Assembly: GCA_029240435.1 (NCBI GenBank)
Contig: JAREAI010000001.1
Location: 1 to 31,843, forward strand
Reading direction: 5' to 3'
Source: Nitrososphaeraceae archaeon
Lineage (GTDB): Archaea > Thermoproteota > Nitrososphaeria > Nitrososphaerales > Nitrososphaeraceae
DNA: 31,843 nucleotides
Both the position numbers and the translations under genes were made by a program. Numbering within the stretch: position 1 is the stretch's first letter; every line of letters starts with the position of its first letter. Of this stretch, positions 29,208-31,843 are shown one piece after another. The notes beneath the pieces are model-generated. The model was not told where the DNA came from. It ran no database searches and saw nothing but the letters and a program-made list of their open reading frames with translations.

Positions 29208-29496
29208 ATGACAAATCTACTGGTTAAGAAATTATTGATGAATACATAATTTTTACCTAAATTAGAAACTATGATTAGAACATTGTTGAATCGGATTTTA
29301 GTGAGAAGCATAAATTCTTCCAAGAACAATATGAAGCAATTGATGAAATTATAGACAAAGTAGCAGATGGCATTAAGGATTCTCCTTATTCTTATTGATA
29401 GAATAGGCTATGGTTTTTACTATGAACAGAGTCAAAAAGTCAACTCGGAACTAATTCGCTCTATTGGATGATCATATGAAAAAGATTATGTAGTTT
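29208..29496 (+). pseudogene. dps: Dps/ferritin-like pseudogene
   Basis: DEYIIFT*IRNYD*NIVESDFSEKHKFFQEQYEAIDEIIDKVADGI aligns with the Dps pattern K..NYHWNV.G..F...H..F.E.Y......D..AERI; stops at 29258-29260 and 29276-29278, frameshift near 29237; 3' limit approximate. Confidence 0.75.
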
Positions 29497-29597
29497 AACC
29501 ATAATCTTTACTTATTAATATCCTCTTCAGGCGCGGCTATTGTTTTATCTTTGATATCTCTAGGTGGAATCCATTAACAGCAAATTGAATCTAGATA

Positions 29598-30176
29598 CTA
29601 TAGCTTACGCATTGTATCATTTTCCCATAACTGCATCCTATCTAACTTAGATTTCCTTTTTGCCTCTTGCAACATATTGTAGACGTTAGCATGCGATCTT
29701 CCCTTCGACAGCATAGTTACTGCTTCAGTCGCAAGTTTGATTTCTTCGAAAGTTCCAATGATTGCGACAGTATGACCATAGACAGAGATATAAGTTTCGC
29801 TGAGATCTTCGATCGTTTTCCTAGATTTACCGGCTTCTCCAATGATCCTTCCTTTGATTCTACTTAATGAATTAGGGGATTTACCCGCATAATCTCTCAA
29901 ATCGATTAACTGCAAAACTTCTTCTTCCCCTAGCAATCTATATGCGCGCTCAGGGGAGAAACCTTTGCCAATAGCAGAGACAATCTCTACCGCTTTAAAC
30001 GGTTCCATTTCTTCAACGGGCTTTGAACCAGCAGAAATTATGGTATCTCCGTATTCACTGTCCACTTCAATTGTAACGCTACATTTTTCCTCAATTTGTC
30101 CTTTCACCTTGCCGTTTTTTCCAATAATGACGCCTATTCTATCCTTTGGAATTTTTATTACTTGTTGAAAGATCAA
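29598..30176 (-). CDS. KH-domain RNA-binding protein (Dim2/Pno1-like)
   Basis: RIGVIIGKNG, AIGKGFSPERA, KGRIIGEAGKSR; overlaps the rio1 stop. Confidence 0.92.
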   Translation of the reverse strand: MIFQQVIKIPKDRIGVIIGKNGKVKGQIEEKCSVTIEVDSEYGDTIISAGSKPVEEMEPFKAVEIVSAIGKGFSPERAYRLLGEEEVLQLIDLRDYAGKSPNSLSRIKGRIIGEAGKSRKTIEDLSETYISVYGHTVAIIGTFEEIKLATEAVTMLSKGRSHANVYNMLQEAKRKSKLDRMQLWENDTMRKL

Positions 30177-31012
30177 TTATTTATCTCCCCTATGACTCTT
30201 TTTATTGCTAATTCGTTTGTTAGGATTTTAACGCCATGTTTTGCAAAAAAATTGTTTATATTAACTATATCGCGTGTCAAGAATTGTTTTGAATTAGGAT
30301 GTTTGATATCTACCGATGATCCGAAGTCAAATAATATGATTCGGGCATGATCGACATCTTTGAATATGTTATATGCAGACAAATCCGCATGTACTAGATT
30401 TGCTTTATTGTAAAGTTTTGTTGTCTCCTCGATGACGTCGTCATAATCTTCAGATGTGACTGGATCTGCATCTACCAAATTTAAATAAGGATTACCTTCA
30501 GAATCACCCATAAATTCCATCGCTAAAACGTTTCGACGAACTTGATAGGGACTAGGAACGCTTACCCCAGCCTCATAAGCAGTCTTCAAATTTCGGAATT
30601 CTTTTTTAGCCCAAGTTGCAATTAAATTCTGAGAACCTTGTTTAATATTTGAAAATCGCGGGTCACCCGCTATATATTGCAATCTCTTTTTAAATTCAGC
30701 GCTTACAGTAAGATATATTTTTATTGCAAGAAATTTATCATTATTATCTAACGCCAAATAGAGCTTAGATTCTTTTCCTGAAGCAAAAGGGCTTCTCAGA
30801 TACTTAAAAACTCCGTCGCTAATCATACTATTTAGAACCATAAGAGTACGCATATCAAAGACATCGTCAAAAACTCTTCTGTCTTCAGATGTCTTTATTA
30901 GCAATCGATTTTCACGTTCATGTCTTAGGTATCGTCGGTCTGCTCTGTCCATAGCTGTATTCTGCGCATAGTCGGCTCTATTTTTTTCCAATTCTTCTTC
31001 TTTTCCCAACAA
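30173..31012 (-). CDS. rio1: RIO1 serine/threonine kinase
   Basis: SGKES, AIKIY, GDPRF, WAKKEFRNL, MEF, VHADLS.YNI, DFG. Confidence 0.93.
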   Translation of the reverse strand: MLGKEEELEKNRADYAQNTAMDRADRRYLRHERENRLLIKTSEDRRVFDDVFDMRTLMVLNSMISDGVFKYLRSPFASGKESKLYLALDNNDKFLAIKIYLTVSAEFKKRLQYIAGDPRFSNIKQGSQNLIATWAKKEFRNLKTAYEAGVSVPSPYQVRRNVLAMEFMGDSEGNPYLNLVDADPVTSEDYDDVIEETTKLYNKANLVHADLSAYNIFKDVDHARIILFDFGSSVDIKHPNSKQFLTRDIVNINNFFAKHGVKILTNELAIKRVIGEINN

Positions 31013-31044
31013 ATCAAATATGTTTTTACTTATTTAACTATTAG

Positions 31045-31353
31045 TCAATATTTATGCTGAAACTTAAAAATCATCAAGAAAGGTATACCACATATCCTCT
31101 TTATGCTTATTTCTTTTGCTAATCTTAGCTTAATAGCCTGATCTACAATTCTTTCTCCAACTAGATTGGCTATAGAACACGTTTGAAGAAGGTTCTTAGC
31201 CTTGCTTTCTTCAATTATTTCTTGCTGAAAATATTCCTTGGTTAGATCTACTACAATATCCCCGTGTTCTAATTTGGTTCCAACTAGCTCAATATCGCAT
31301 ATATTAACCATAGTTGAGCCTTGGTATTTCATCGTTCTAAGTGCATAATTCAT
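31045..31353 (-). CDS. DUF424-family archaeal protein
   Basis: VNICD.ELVG, LTKEYF, SIANLVGERIV..AI, I.GIPF; usual neighbour of rio1. Confidence 0.75.
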   Translation of the reverse strand: MNYALRTMKYQGSTMVNICDIELVGTKLEHGDIVVDLTKEYFQQEIIEESKAKNLLQTCSIANLVGERIVDQAIKLRLAKEISIKRICGIPFLMIFKFQHKY

Positions 31354-31461
31354 TGTGAAGCGCTCTGCAACAATATGTATAAAAAAATATTTGCATCCAT
31401 CAATATATGCATAGATAATATTTCATTTACTTGTCGTTGTGCTATATTATAATACATTTCG

Positions 31462-31842
31462 CTATGAACCGTAAGTTTCTGTCTTAATATCAAACGATCC
31501 ATCCGTCCTTTTATTTCTGTTTGTGGCAAATCCCAAAGGAGCCAACAAATGAATGACTGAATCAATGGTTCCCTGATATCCACAAATATGAAAGAACGAG
31601 TTTTTAGGAGTAATTCTCTCTCCTACAATTCTCTCTAACTTCGAAATTCCCTCATTATTCCTTATGAGTAACGACTCTGCTCTACCATTGTTTCCATTCC
31701 ATCCTGTTGATAGAGGATGATCGGGTCTGCTAACGGTGGGTATATATTTAAAGTTCCAATTATGCTGAGTTTTTGTCTGTAAACTTTCTAAAAGATCTCT
31801 GTAACCTAACTCTGCAGCATATCTTGCTCCGTGTAGTAAGAT
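31462..31842 (-). CDS. ferredoxin--NADP reductase-type FAD/NAD(P)-binding oxidoreductase, 3' part (runs off the window)
   Basis: Not in the ORF track; hand translation gives ILLHGARYAAELGYR...YIPTVSRP...FHICGYQGTI...KTETYGS* (stop 31464-31462). Confidence 0.85.
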   Translation of the reverse strand: MLLHGARYAAELGYRDLLESLQTKTQHNWNFKYIPTVSRPDHPLSTGWNGNNGRAESLLIRNNEGISKLERIVGERITPKNSFFHICGYQGTIDSVIHLLAPLGFATNRNKRTDGSFDIKTETYGS

Positions 31843-31843
31843 T

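Noticed and set aside
278-30350. Short antisense or overlapping ORFs in the track (e.g. 803-1015, 1270-1524, 2526-2768, 3522-3788, 7047-8157 set, 19444-19864, 21874-23493 set, 27477-27713, 29126-29329, 29667-30350) and isolated 278-505, 6164-6376, 14385-14576
   Set aside because: Shadows of well-supported genes or low-complexity AT-rich ORFs with no recognisable motifs.
30360-30400. RIO1 catalytic loop reads DLSAYN rather than the usual DLSEYN
   Set aside because: The catalytic Asp and Asn are retained; a single substitution is not enough to claim altered function.
31350-31583. 77-aa minus-strand ORF
   Set aside because: It is an alternative frame overlapping the 3' end of the FNR-like gene.
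1-31843. CRISPR array, rRNA or tRNA genes
   Set aside because: No regularly spaced repeat-spacer units and no cloverleaf or rRNA-like segments were seen by eye.

Overview
AT-rich archaeal window whose gene repertoire fits an ammonia-oxidising Nitrososphaeraceae-type (thaumarchaeal) genome; the taxonomy is my inference. Housekeeping genes: cofE, serB, proS, mpg, apgM, purN-folD-5-FCL, purD, carA-carB, ubiX, rio1 and a KH (Dim2) gene. Accessory genes: a PKD-repeat surface protein, SemiSWEET, an LLM oxidoreductase and a KGG/Em-repeat stress protein. Decayed DNA: IS6 relics, a deletion-broken PfkB kinase and a dps pseudogene. Main result: carB is split by a 22-nt insertion (24471-24492, minus strand) exactly between E and F of the invariant GE|FDYSG motif. 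The RNA folds into a bulge-helix-bulge motif whose canonical tRNA-splicing-endonuclease cut sites remove exactly those 22 nt and restore a 1083-aa CarB. This looks like an archaeal mRNA intron in a central metabolic gene. Second result: a tandem pair of signal-peptide-less HiPIP-like four-Cys proteins. Also noted: two genes that seem to need ATT starts (carA, 5-FCL), a GC-rich candidate structured RNA, and a triple palindrome array. All calls come from reading the sequence by eye; no searches or folding programs were run.
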